DNA of 64,000 nt from the human T2T-CHM13v2.0 reference genome, Homo sapiens. The first letter of the stretch is position 1. Each line of letters begins with the position of its first letter. Both the position numbers and the translations under genes were made by a program. The stretch lies in NCBI RefSeq assembly GCF_009914755.1, contig NC_060926.1; one strand, 5' to 3'. Under the pieces are notes generated by a model that was given only the letters and a program-made list of their open reading frames with translations, did no database searches and was not told the DNA's origin. Below, in pieces: positions 1-15,405 of the stretch.

Positions 1-2650
<2,650 letters not shown>

Positions 2651-2899
2651 CACGTTGATTTGCTTAAAAAAAAAGAAATCAGTCACACTGTACCTTACAG
2701 TAGGTAAAATCTCAGTGGAAGAAGCCACCCACAAATCTGCACAGTGGACAGAATTGAGATCCACTTAGCAGGAGAAGAGAATTTAGGCTTATGTCTTAAG
2801 GGGAATGTTTTTATATTTGTAGGCTCTTGAGCTATATAATCAATGGCCTCGTTACAGTATGTTCAGGTAAATGAGTCTTTTAAAAAACATACCCTCATA

Positions 2900-3400
2900 G
2901 GAAACACTCATTTATGGAAATCTCTGGAAGACTTAGAGTAATAATTTAGATGTGTTATGGAGATGCCAATAAAAATGTCAGTTGCCACCTCAGAAATCAA
3001 ATTGAATGCTAAGGCAGAATTGGTCAAATCTCTACAGCAGGGATGCAGATGTTCAGGCCATGCACCAGTGTGCTGATAGATGCCATATTCACCTTGCATC
3101 TAATGAATTCCCTAATATAAAAAACTGTACCCACTGTCAACAAGAAAGGAACTGCTGGAAAATGTCTGTGAGTAAAATTTCTCTCAAATAAAAGTCCATA
3201 GATAGCTGACAAGGATATTTCATTGGAAATCTACCCAAAGGGCTATAAATTGTGTTCACTATGGTTGATATTTTATCTACCAAGCTTTGGTTAACTAGAA
3301 AAGGATCAATCTTGGAAAATATGACATTGTTTAGAACAACAAATTTTCTATCAGTATGGTCTACATGAATATATTTTTTTACAGTCAAAGTTCATACTAC
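2900..3400 (+). mobile_element. Degenerate ERVL/MaLR-class internal sequence, integrase relic
   Basis: ORF 3006-3191 contains AMHQCADRCHIHLA...KNCTHCQQER (CxxC half of the HHCC finger). It is followed by 'agctgacaaggatatttcattgga...ggctataaattgtgttcactatggttgata', resembling the SWQVDYIG..GYK.VLT.VD integrase core start. Confidence 0.6.
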
Positions 3401-3469
3401 TATGAACTATTCTAAGGATTTACATATATATTATAAGCAATTAAGTGTTACATATGTATACATTTACAT

Positions 3470-3660
3470 ATATTAACTCTTTTAATACTACAGCAATGCT
3501 ATGAGCAACATACTATTAATATCTAACTTTGGAGATGAAGAAACTGAGTCACAGTGAGAGGTTAAGTGGTTTTCTCAATGTCCTGCAGGAAGTTAGTACC
3601 AGAGCTTTTAAAGCCTGGCTTTGGATACCCTGCTCCTAAGCACATGCTATGATGCCTCTC
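3470..3660 (-). mobile_element. MIR SINE
   Basis: MIR core 'ggagatgaagaaactgagtcacagtgagaggttaagtgg' in reverse orientation. Confidence 0.75.
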
Positions 3661-5719
3661 CAGAGTCAGACATGGATCAGAATTTTGAAAAAGCAGTTTA
3701 GCAATATATACTGAGAATTTTTAAAAGCAAAACCATTTTTTGGCACATTTTTATTGTTTCAGTTTTTATAACAGAGAAAAACACAATACAAAAAAAATTG
3801 GCTAGCTATATGGAAATGATTATGTAAATTATAGTAAACCCCAAAATATATGAATATGCCAATATTAAAACAGAATTTTTTGATATTATAATTTTAAACA
3901 ATTAATGAATGAGTAGAAACACAATTGTATGTTCAGTATGATTGTCACTATGTAAAAATCACCTCATTAAATTTAAAACTGTAATGAAATGGCACAAAAT
4001 ATTTGATAGTAAATGTATTTGGGCTAAGGTATTGCATCATTTATTTCTTCTCTTGATTTTTATGCATTTACCAAGTTTAAAATAACAAACATTTTCTTTC
4101 AAATGGAAAATAATTTCTTGAAATTACTTGCTTTTATTCTTTATATATTTGCTCAAACATAGGAAAAATGAGTTATTTCCTATCTACATTCATCTCTTCC
4201 CAAGTAACCAACTGATCCATCTACATTATTTTTTAGCTTAAGGGAATATTTCAATATTCATGCACACATATTATTTGAGGAAAATTATTGTAACTCAAAG
4301 AAAGTTGTGTCCTCATTGCTTGATTTTGTTTTGGAATGTCTTATGCTGTATTCAACTGTAATTTCCTTTTTTTTCTAACATGGAGAGGAAAAGAATAATG
4401 GGTATCTAAGTAGTTTCCAATAAACTGCCAAGATATCTTACCAACACATAGATTATCTCTTTCTGTTTAGTTCAATGCCTATATTTTACATTGTTGCAGT
4501 GGACAGCTGAAAAATTGATTATATTCTCTGTCATTTCTATAAATTCATTTTTTGATAATATTGTTACTTTGTAGGAGGAATTGTGGCTAGACATGGCCCA
4601 AATAGGCAATTTTCATATAGAATGCTAGAAACCACAAAATTCATCTTGATTGAATATATACTAAGGGCATTAATCTAAGTGAAATAAATATGATAAGTAT
4701 CCAATATTTAAATATCAGGCAATTAGTGAAGCTGAATTAACATTGTTGGATTAACACACTTAGTAAATAACACAATCAGTAACAAGGAGAGAAAAGGTGT
4801 CTGAATTTTCAAGGAATTATCTGCTTCTTTGAAATGAATTTTTATATAGTTTAAAAATGTTGAAAGCTGAAAAGTGGTGGAAGCAGTTGATAAAAATAAT
4901 GAATAACATGGTTTAATGTGTTAACAGTACATATGTGTAAGGAATGTTGCTTGCTATCTGACTCAAAAAATTTAACATATACTTTCACTGGTAAAAATAT
5001 CTATTCTGTAGAAGATGTTTCACAAAAAAAAGCCCTATTTCTTAAACTCAAATTCTTCCTTTTTCAAGTAAGTGCAGTGCTGAAGGTCTCCTTTCTGTAA
5101 TAAGTTCTAAAGATCTCCTTTCTGTAATAAATTCTGAATGTGGTTTAAAAAATAAAGTAATTTTTTTGTCTATTTGCTGTTTGGATTTTATAACCAAAAC
5201 AAACAAAAATATCTACTACATTTCTTGTGTTTTTCATCATACAAACAAGAGTTTTGGAATATTGTTTGTTTATATTATGTACTATCTAAACAATGTTATT
5301 TTAATTTTAATAAAATCCTTTGGTGTTTGACTTCACTGTTTCATAAAAATTAAAAAGGAAAATAATTAATTTTATTTTATTAAATGAAAATACATGCTGT
5401 CTTATCAAAAGAGCAAATACTGAGTATTCAACATTTTTATTAAATAGAATTGAATTTCTTCTGTTTTTTTCATATGCAAGTTTAAATAATATAAAAATTA
5501 ACATTAGGAAAATATTTGCTATGCCAGTTCTTGCCATGAGGAAATATCCTGTGAGATTTTAAATGTTTTTCTTATGTCGACATGACGTGTTACCACTATT
5601 GATGATCCTAAATAATTATTCTATTTTCTAAATATTTTTGTATTCAAATAAGACATTTATAAAATTGCTACTGGCTTGCTGTGTAACCTGGAGCCATTCA
5701 CTTCACCTCTCTGTTTCTT

Positions 5720-6746
5720 TTTTTTTGTACATATTTCGTTTTATTGTAACAAAGCAACTTGTACACTTTTAACAACTGAGCATCATCTTTCCTTTTCAGT
5801 GAAACAAAAAAAAAATTAAAAATAAACAGAAACAAAATTACAATAGAGAGTGTCAATTCCAAATAAGATTCTACAGGTTCTGCTGATAATCCCATTGAGT
5901 GGCAGGGCTCAAGTCATCATTAGGAGAGAATTTGTTTTAAAAGTGTCATCTTAATCTGTCAAATATCACAATTAAACACACCAAAGGAGAAGCCATGTTG
6001 TCAAAATACCCACTTAACTCACCCTAACATCTCAAACCCAGCCTTTGCTGACCTTCTGTAACCCCATTTTTCAAGTTTTTTTTTTCTTTTTTTAAACAAG
6101 AGAAAGTTGTCAGATACATGTTGGTAAATGCTAACTGTCCATATTCACATAGAGACACAATGTACTCTCTGAGCCCAATATACAGAGAAAGGAGGAAAAA
6201 AGCTGGAACTCTATGCACTGCTACACAGGGGCCTAGCACCCTCCAGCTTCCAGCAGAGATAAGGGAGCAGGCTTTTCTTTTTCCCACAGAGCTCGATGCT
6301 ATTTGGCCAAACCCATTATGGCACTTCTTGATTGCCAATATGGATAATGAAGAAGGAGAAGGAGAAGAAGATAATGATGATGAAGAGGAGGAAGGATTAG
6401 AAGATATTGATGAAGGGGATGAGGATGAAGGTGAAGAAGATGAAGATGATTATGAAGGGGAGGAAGGAGAGGAGGATGAAAGAGAAGATGACTAATAGAA
6501 CACTGATGGATTCCAACCTTTCTTTTTTAAAATTTTCTCCAGTCCCTGGGAGCAAGTTGCAGTCTTTTTTTTTCTCTTGTGCTCAGTCACCGTGTTCTTG
6601 AAGTCTCTTTTCTCTACACCATGGTTCTCAACTTATTTTGGAGACAATACCTTGAGCAGAATACAATGGGAAAAGAGTCTCTACCACTTTATGTTGGAAA
6701 TTCATTTTTATCTCTTCCTGTCTGAATAAAAACTGTATGGAATTGA
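5720..6746 (-). pseudogene. SET: Processed pseudogene of SET (nuclear proto-oncogene/TAF-I), 5'-truncated with a 5' inversion. Distal 3'UTR and poly(A) lie on the minus strand (~5720-6295); the last coding part and proximal 3'UTR are inverted on the plus strand (~6296-6746).
   Basis: Translation [64 protein letters not shown] matches the SET acidic C-terminus. AATAAA and poly(A) on the minus strand. 16-bp TSD cacctctctgtttctt at 5704-5719 and 6747-6762. Confidence 0.95.
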
Positions 6747-7214
6747 CACCTCTCTGTTTCTTGATAGTAATCAGACTAAGATGAATTATCCATGCACGCT
6801 TTGCTATTTGCTAGCATAGAGAGAATATAAGAGAACCTGTAAATCAAAGTAGGTGTTAAAATGTGTCATACAAATTCAAATTGTTATTTAAATATGTAAT
6901 CCTATACAGTAAAGTCTGTCAACAGTTGAATTAAATGATAAACTTGGATATTTGAAAGTAATTTTTAAGAAGTTTAGAAGTTAAAGTAGATCAGGAATTT
7001 CCCCAATTCAGAATCCATAGTAAACGATTACAGAGGAGAACTGGAGAATAAGCTTTTATTTAAAGTTGAATCCAATTTTCTTACATTTAACTATCTTTGC
7101 TTTTTTTTTTTTCAGAATGACATTACATTTCTTTATAAAAAGGAAAACAACCACACTTTTCCATAAATAACTATTATGATTGGTTGAGTCATTATTTCTA
7201 ACTCTTTGGTGACT

Positions 7215-7390
7215 CCACTGGGAATCAGGATTCTTGATTTCTAATCTTAGCTAAGGCACTAAATAATTAGTTGTGCCTTGATAAATTCAGCTACACAGTT
7301 TGGACCTCACTTTCTCCATATGAAAAATGAAAATGAAAGAGGAGCGTAGAGCAAATGACTTCTAGGAGTTATTTCAGAGTTAGCATTTTA
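7215..7390 (+). mobile_element. MIR/MIR3 SINE
   Basis: 'gtgccttgataaattcagctacacagtttggacctcactttctccatatgaaaaatgaa' is MIR-core-like. Confidence 0.6.
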
Positions 7391-9686
7391 TGATTTATAA
7401 TCATTCAACTATTGCTATAGCCTTGTTTATTCCACCTGAATTAAAAAAAATGGACACATGCATTGATTTAAAAATAAGAACTAGTTTAGGAGCCAACTTC
7501 CTGTATTGTATTCAAGATGGTACCAGGTTCTATATGCATAGTCCCTTCAAGAGACAGAAGGATAAACTAACTTGTAAAACATCTCGTAGAGACATGACCA
7601 GGTCATTTTGAAGGGAAAATTTTTGGGTGAATCTCTAATGTTTGGTTTGATCTCATTGTGAATGACAACCATGTTCTCTGTGAAGAGTGCTTGATTCCAT
7701 ACTATTAAAGGCCAAGACCACAAGTAGTTATTTGTCTGATAGCACTTTTACAATATTTTGTCCTTGAATTTTACAAATTGAATTTAGAAATGAAACAGTC
7801 TTTGGATCAACCAAAGTTTAACCCTAACATGCCCATATTCCAAGCATGTTTTTGTTGCTTTTGTCACAAGTGCTGGCTTAATTTATATTTCATCTGCCTT
7901 TAGGTCTCCTTCAAGTTCATTGTTTTCCAAATATTCCTTTCCATTTAATATAGGATTTTTTATGGTCAGCTGCATTCATTTGTTAGAACACTACTGCCTT
8001 TCTTCACCATATGTGCATTCTTAATAAATTACTTGTGGCCAGTCAATCATGAACCATTTATAATTTAAGCCATTTATAATTTAAGCCTTACCCACATACC
8101 AAAGATTTGACTGTTATTCATGTGCTCCTTTATCTGCTTTTACTTGCAAACTAACCATCATTCGCTCCACCAGAAGCAATCATCCACCATCTGTCAATCT
8201 GAGACTCACTTGTCTCTGAAACTGAAGCTGGTGTTTATTTTGCAGGTATTATGAGCACCTCTCATCTGACACCTTTCTGTCCCCTCTCCATTCATTTTTT
8301 CTATTGTTAACAAGCATCCTTTGTGATATTTTCTATGTGTTGTGACTTGTCTTCTACATAGATATTTTCAGCATGACTACGTTTTTGAAAGAAAAAGTGG
8401 TGTCATCTTATTCACCTTGTCATTAAGTATATCTGAAAGCAATGGGAACTTTGCCAGAATGCGAAATACAGCAGTAATTCATTGTAAATAATTTTTCTCT
8501 GTTTTGTTATAGAAAGAGAATGAGTGTGCTAATTAGATGCAATAATTCAGATTACATGAATTAATTGATGAAGAAAGTTATTTTTACCTTGAAAAATAAT
8601 GCTATTTTCCTGTCTGTAACCCTCTTGTGTTGTGTTCACATGAATCTCAGGTGAAAACCATAAATAAGTAAATCTGAACATGAAATATACTCCTGTTTTT
8701 TGTATGTTAATATTTGAGTGTGTGTATGTAGAAATAAATGTCAAATTAAATGGGATAATATGCATAGTTTAATATGCTTCTATTAGCTCAGAAATGCTAT
8801 TGTAAGAAAAAAGCCTTCTCATAACATGGAGGTAGAAAGCATATAATATAGACTACATCTGAGCAGTTGACAATCTAACTAAACGTGAAATGCAACAGAT
8901 ATTTTGTTCAGTGTTAAAGGTTGCTATATGGAATACATCTTTGTCTTAAGAGCAATTGATAAAATGATAACTCTACCACCATGCCTTACCACACACAGTG
9001 AGTTAATAAAAACATTCACTGAAATACATTTTATGCCATAATTTTCATATAAAATATTTCTCTATTTTTCATTTTCAAGACCACTACCAACTTCCCAGAA
9101 AGAACTGTGAAAGACTTAATGAGACATTTATCTGGTCTATGTATTTTATATTTAGCTGATAATATAATGAGGCCAAGGTACTGGAATGAAACGTCTCTAA
9201 CATTTCAAATAATTTTCCACTTCCTCTCCACTATTTTTGGTATTTCAGCAGAGTGTTTTAACTTTTTGCTGTTTTGAATGTTACCATTGCCGTCAATAAT
9301 CTCTATGTCAGATGTAGTATCCTGCCTGCTAAATCTTATCCTAAAAAATACATTTCTCTTTATTTTTAAGTATATGGTTAAAATGATTGCAGCCTAATAA
9401 GCAAAGCAATATATTTTGAATTTGATTTTTCTATAATGCTGCATGGGTTTTTTTAGCTGACCCTAATGCTGTTTTCTCATGCACATTTTATAACTGTATT
9501 ACAGAAAGCAGACTTTTTAATGGTTCTGCAATACTTTTATAAATGTATATGCATATTCCTCTACATCTCCCCTCTCTCTCAAATATATAATTACCCACTG
9601 ATAATCTTATAAAAATGTAAAATATTTTCATTTGACATTTCATATGTTTGAAATACAGGAAACATTTATTACATGTGGTAGCAATT

Positions 9687-9778
9687 GAAAATCAACATAT
9701 TAAAATAAGAAGCACACAAAATTGTAACATCCGAAAATCAACATATTAAAATAAGAAGCACACAAAATTGTAACATCC
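9687..9778. repeat. Perfect 46-bp tandem duplication
   Basis: gaaaatcaacatattaaaataagaagcacacaaaattgtaacatcc occurs at 9687-9732 and 9733-9778. Confidence 0.95.
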
Positions 9779-10139
9779 TTTAAAAATTTATATCTTCCTT
9801 TAAGTATTTTCACATTGCTTTAAAAAGAAAAATTAAAATATCATAGAAAAAATTGTCATTCATTCTCTTAAACATTTTTCTCCTCCTTATTCCATTTTTC
9901 TTATTTCATATTCCATCAGTCTGTAACCAAAGATTGAAACATGAATCTTGATGTAATAGAAAGAAAATGTTTCTTTTTTCTACACTCTGCCAAAATAAGA
10001 AAAGGAATACATATGAAATTCCTGTATACATTTTAAAACTGTATGCAAATAAAGTTGTTATTAGTTCATTTATTTTCACAGGCAGCTTAGTGAAACATGT
10101 AAGAATCATGTTCAAAATTGGGGCGTGAATTGTGCTTCC

Positions 10140-10275
10140 AGAACAAGTTACTCGTTTTCTGCTTCATTTTTTCAATCAGTAAAATGAGAGGTAATAATAA
10201 TAACCAGACTATATTCTTCACAGGATTACCGGGATTTGGGAGGTGATGTAGTACATTTGGCAGTATATTGTAAGC
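10140..10275 (+). mobile_element. MIR SINE fragment
   Basis: 'aacaagttactcgttttctgcttcattttttcaatcagtaaaatgagaggtaataataa...cttcacaggatt'. Confidence 0.65.
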
Positions 10276-10894
10276 TGTGAACCATTTTAAACACATAACA
10301 AATTATTTGACTTTTATTTCTAGAAAAGTGATTTGTATGCTCAATTCAAGTGTGCAGAATGAAAAATTAAGAAAAACCACATGTAGAAAGAATGGCATCA
10401 AAGTACAGCTTTCACTTGATCTTTTCCTATTTTGCTTAAGAATTCCATACATTAACAGTAAAAATTTAAAAATATGGATCCTTGACATTTCCTAAAAGTA
10501 AAGGAAATAGGTGAGAGTATTGCATAAATACTATTTTGAATAGGATGCATAAAGGAGGTTAAGTAAAATTTTACCAAATTCATAAAAGATGCAGAAAAAT
10601 TACAATCATATTTCTTATCAAAATTTCATGGTTCCAAGATTGAAACACTCTCTTGTTTCCTGACTCAGCATGGAAATCTGATGTTTTCCTTTCCTTGGAT
10701 GATTTTGAGATACAATTGAGTGCACAGAATACATTAGAATACATTTGCAATTTGATTCAGGAATTCCCTTTTCGTATTTGGGCAGAAATGTCAGAGACAC
10801 TAGAAAAATGATGCTAAGAAAGTAAAAATGGAAAAGCTAAAGTTTTTATTAAATAGTCTGAGATAAAACAATAGTTTGAATAACCATTTACCTC

Positions 10895-11700
10895 GTGATT
10901 TTGGGTTATTTACTGCAAATAAGGTATGTAATAGAAAAATTAAAGAATAAGAAACTATTAGACATTGGGTCTATAGGCAAGTACAGAGGAAAATCATTAT
11001 ATGTCAGAAATAGAATTGTATTCTTAGAAGAAAAAGAAATAGTCCCAGGACAGCTGAGAGGGGTAATTCTGCATCGCGTTCATGAAACCCTGAGTGCAGT
11101 CCTCCTGGGTAAAGAGAAAACTCCACAGAGATTGCCAACATTGAGTTGGCCCAAAATGACAGAGGACACGAAATGTGGACAAAAAATGTTTAACATGTGC
11201 TCAAGTAAATTCCCCTCTGCCAAAAGGAAATTCAAGTATGAAGAATCAACTCCCCAATGGAAAATGATACAAATTGATTTTTAGGGCCCTTTCCAACTGT
11301 ACATAAATAGAAAAGTGCATGTTAGTAGTTGAAGATGGATTTTTCCAATTGCATTGGGAACTTCTCTATGAATAGGAGCAAATCAGTGGAAACTGTCAGT
11401 GAATAAACGCACAGAAATATTCTAGACTGACATTTAGAAATATTCAGACTAAATGGTCATAGAATCCTATTAATGTTTTTCTGATAAGCTTTCGCAAATT
11501 GTGACTATGTAAGACATCATAAAGTAATGAAATATTCAATAATTCCCCAGGAGGTTGATTTTAATAATTATTGCTGTATCATCTTACTGGACAAGCTTTG
11601 AGCTTTCAAAAAGAAACAATTGAGTGATTAAGATAACAAATTTGAAAAATTTTTGTAATAAATTAATTACCCTTTGGCTCAAATGTCTGGCATTTTGTTT
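10895..11700 (+). mobile_element. Ty3/Gypsy-like integrase relic (MamGypsy-int-like)
   Basis: ORF 10895-11284 reads IVPGQLRGVILHRVHE...GKEKT.QRL...SWPKMTED.KC...PQWKMIQIDF*GPFP, followed by LVVEDGF. This is the order of the Gypsy integrase zinc-binding domain and first catalytic Asp region. Confidence 0.7.
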
Positions 11701-12329
11701 TAAAAATTCAGCCAACTATTAACATAATTTTGTTTCATGTATAATAATTTACAGTCTTAATTTCACTTTTTCTGGTTTTCTACTTTTTAGCACTTCTTTA
11801 ATTTCTTCTTCTAACAACTGTGAAGTGGTCAAAAGGCAGAAATGAGGAGGAAAGCAAAAAAGAAGAAGCCACAGGGTGTAGATAATCCACAAACAAGCTA
11901 ATTGGTCCCTGGGTAATTGCTGACTCTCTTCAGCAGCCATGCAATGGAGATTTCCAGGAAAATGTAAATACTGTATTTATATCTGTTCAAATTTTGTTTT
12001 CAAGAATAAAAGTACTAATCAGATGGGTTTAAGTATTTGATAAGAATCTCTAATCTATGGCTGTTTTCTAAATATTTGGACATTGTCATTGCTTTACCAT
12101 GCAGTTTTATTTTTACTCAGCTGTAACTGAACACAATTCTAACTATAGCACTGGAAACTAGATTGGAAACTGTATTCTCCTCTGTGCCTTATTTCTCTTC
12201 TCTCTTCGTATTGTGGTTCTTACTCAGTTCTGTCAGTGACAAGCTATATAACCTTGTTCAATTATTTTACCATCATTAGACAAAAGGGTTTTAATTTCCT
12301 AAATACTAATATATTACAACATAAAGGTG

Positions 12330-13600
12330 TTTATGCATTCTTAAAAAAAATTAAAGGGTGTCTATTTCATGACAGTTACTTGGCTTCATCATGGAAGAAA
12401 CACAAGTGATGGCTAAATCACAATACCTGTTTTAAAGAACTAACATTCTAGTAGGGGAAAAAGGGGGTGAAGACAAATGACAATAATGAGAAACCCTACA
12501 ATTTCTACTTGAAATTGTGAAAACAAAATACAAAGAGAGAACTTCAACTCGTAAAGGGGCAGTGGATAAAACTTTATTGAGAAAATTGTATTTGATCTGG
12601 GCTTCCAAAGATTGTGAAAATTTTGACAGGCTGGGATGTCACAGACAATGGGAAATTATGAAGAATGAAAAGGAAGATGGAAGCTGTAGAGTTGGGAAGA
12701 ACAGAGAATTTTTAGGAAAATGTGCGTAGTATTGTTTGGTTGAAGCCCTTAGTATATGTAAATGAGTTGTTGGACACAGGTTGTAAAGGCAAGCTGGGGC
12801 TTTTAAATTCAGGAACAACATGATTTGATAGCGAATTTCTTTTTTTTTTTTTTTTTTTTAGCAAAGCAGTTGTTCTTTATAATTATTTAACTTAATATCA
12901 CATGTGGTATCAATAAGGAAAAGAGACTGGATAGGTAAGGTCAGTGAGGAGGCTGTTTCAATGGCCTTTTAGAAAGGCTATTGGAAACTGAATTGGGACA
13001 GTAGTAATAGAAATTGTAAAAAAAGAATAGATGTAAAAGGTACTGTAACTGTAAAAGACAAACTACTTAAAGTGTAAACAGACACGTTTTCTATATAGAG
13101 GGAGAACAAAAATATTAATATTTCAAGCTGGTTGAGTGGAGAATGATGGTTCCATTACATGAAATAAGAAGATCCAAAGAGGAATGCATGTGTAACAAAG
13201 TTATTTGTAATTGTGGACACTGAGTACAAAGCACTAATAATTAACCAATTGATCACTGAATGATGTGTACTTGAGTTTTTGGAGAGACTTTAATGTTGGA
13301 AATAATATCTTTGGTCAAACTATAAAAGAGGATGAACTAACCAAAAATATATAGGCAAGAGTGAGGATATAGCCTTAGAATAATGCCACAATTTGGAAGT
13401 TTGAGAAGAAAATATGACACACAAATTACACAGAGAAAGCATCAAAAGAGAACACAAGTAGTAAATGTTCCTAGAAATAAGAAAAAGAGAGGAAAAAAAT
13501 GTAGCAGACAGATAAAAAGAGCTAAAGGAACAATGACGGTAAAATTTACAATCTTTTAAAGATTTACCATGCAATTTGAGTAACCAATGCTAAAATTATC
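12330..13600 (-). mobile_element. LINE-2 fragment, highly degenerate
   Basis: Purine-rich L2-antisense-like motifs ('gaactaacattctagtagggg', 'gtcagtgaggaggctgtttcaatgg', 'gaatgatggttccatt'). Confidence 0.6.
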
Positions 13601-14424
13601 CTCTAAATTTCAACCTAGATGTTTTTAGTGAATAATGTTTATTATCACAGCAAAGGTGTATTTAAAAATTTTAGTATGAGTGCCAGACTAGTATTGAGGC
13701 TATGAATGGAAACATGGATGTGAAAAAATGCTAATTATAAACATGAACCATCTTGGTCTTTAATAAATACAAAACCTCAACAGTCTAGGATGGTTAAAAT
13801 TTGCTACTGTTCATTGTCTTATCCCTAGAACGATCCCTCTTGAAGATACCTATAGACATATTGTATGAAATGTTTCTTTTATAGTGATACAAGAAATGAT
13901 TATATAACTTCACATCCCATTTGAATTCCCGGAACAGTGACATGATATTTAATGCATTTCAGTTAAAGACAAGTTGTTGCAAGCCTATTTCTTGTAAGCA
14001 TATTTTTGGTAAATCTATACAAACTAAGGTGGAAGCCGGGGGTTAAGAGTGGGGAGTGGCATGCAAGGCTTATACAGGTTCCCAGTGCAGAAAGTCTAGA
14101 GGTAACATGTCTTGGAAACTTTAGTTTAATACTGACTTGATTCTACAGTTTATCTAGTCTAGAGGATTCCAAGAAATAGATTCTAGTGACCAGTGAGTGT
14201 TTGGAAATCATAAAGATATTTGGGGTCTTTTAGAATGAAACTATCTTGGGATCATCTTATGTTTTCCTGGATAGGCATTGTAAGTATGTGCTTTAATGGT
14301 TTACAAATACCAGAAATGGCTTTGTGTTTCAGATCTGCTAAACAGAGATTGGTATATGTGATGGTACAAAGACACAAAATATAATTTAACTATATTGTTT
14401 CTACATTTCTTTTTTAATTAAAAA

Positions 14425-14710
14425 TTTTTTGAGACTGAGTCTTTCTCCATCACCCAGAATGGAGTACAGTTGTGTGATCATGGCTTACTGCAACCTCAAC
14501 CCGTGAGGCTCAAGAGAATTCCCCACCTCAGCCTCTGAAGGACCTGGGACTACAGGCACATACCACCACACTTAACATAATTTTTTACTTTCTGTAAAGA
14601 TGAAGTCTCTTTGTGTTGCCTAGGCTGCTCTCAAACTCCAGGACTCAAATGACCCTCCCACCTCAGCCTCCCAAAGTGCTAGAATTACAAGCATGAGCTA
14701 CCATGCCTGG
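14425..14710 (-). mobile_element. AluJ
   Basis: Diverged dimeric Alu, reverse strand, with J-type 'tgatcatggcttactgca' and 'ctcaaatgaccctcccacctcagcctcccaaagtgct'. Confidence 0.92.
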
Positions 14711-15289
14711 ACTATTTTTCAGTATTTTAAAGAAAAATACATGCCTAGCCATTTTTGGTTTAGAATTTTTCACCACTGATTGCCCACTTAACAACAATAA
14801 CAATTTTTTACCACTGATTGCTCTCTCTTTGAAGAACTGTCCCAACTCTATACGTGAAAGGACATAATTCACATAAGAGGTTATTTGTTACCTGTGAACA
14901 CATTAACTTGACTGCAATGCAGAGGAGTATAAATAACATAATTAATTAGAATTAATTTCCAAGAAGCTATGGAATAAAACTATGAAATATGAGGAATAAG
15001 GGTATCTATATGACCTCCTAGTTACAGCTGTGCACCTCTCAATGTTATCCTTCAGTATTTTGTTCTCACACTTATCATTCTCCTCAAACATAATTAACCT
15101 TGGAGCTCATGACTATGTCTCATTCTTCCCTCACTGTCATACACATTAGACAGACTCCAATTCAACATCTTTGATAAGATATGCTAGGTAAGATTTATTG
15201 AGGCTTTTCTGAGTGTTGGGCATTAGAAAACAAACAAAACCCTCATTTAATTCTTAAAAGTACTCAGAATAATGAAGAGTCTGATTTCA

Positions 15290-15405
15290 TTTTTGATGTT
15301 TGACTGCTGATAGCTTTCAGGCCCCACTTCTCTTCTCCTTTTCTGCATCACATCTGAGAAAGGTGATATGAAAGCCAGGGATCCAGGGACTCCCTCCTTT
15401 GAGTT
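15290..15405. mobile_element. Possible ERVL LTR fragment (MER54/MER74-like) within MIR-like sequence
   Basis: 'ctgctgatagctttcaggccccac...cacatctgagaaaggtgatatgaaagcc' resembles a recalled LTR consensus. Confidence 0.35.
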
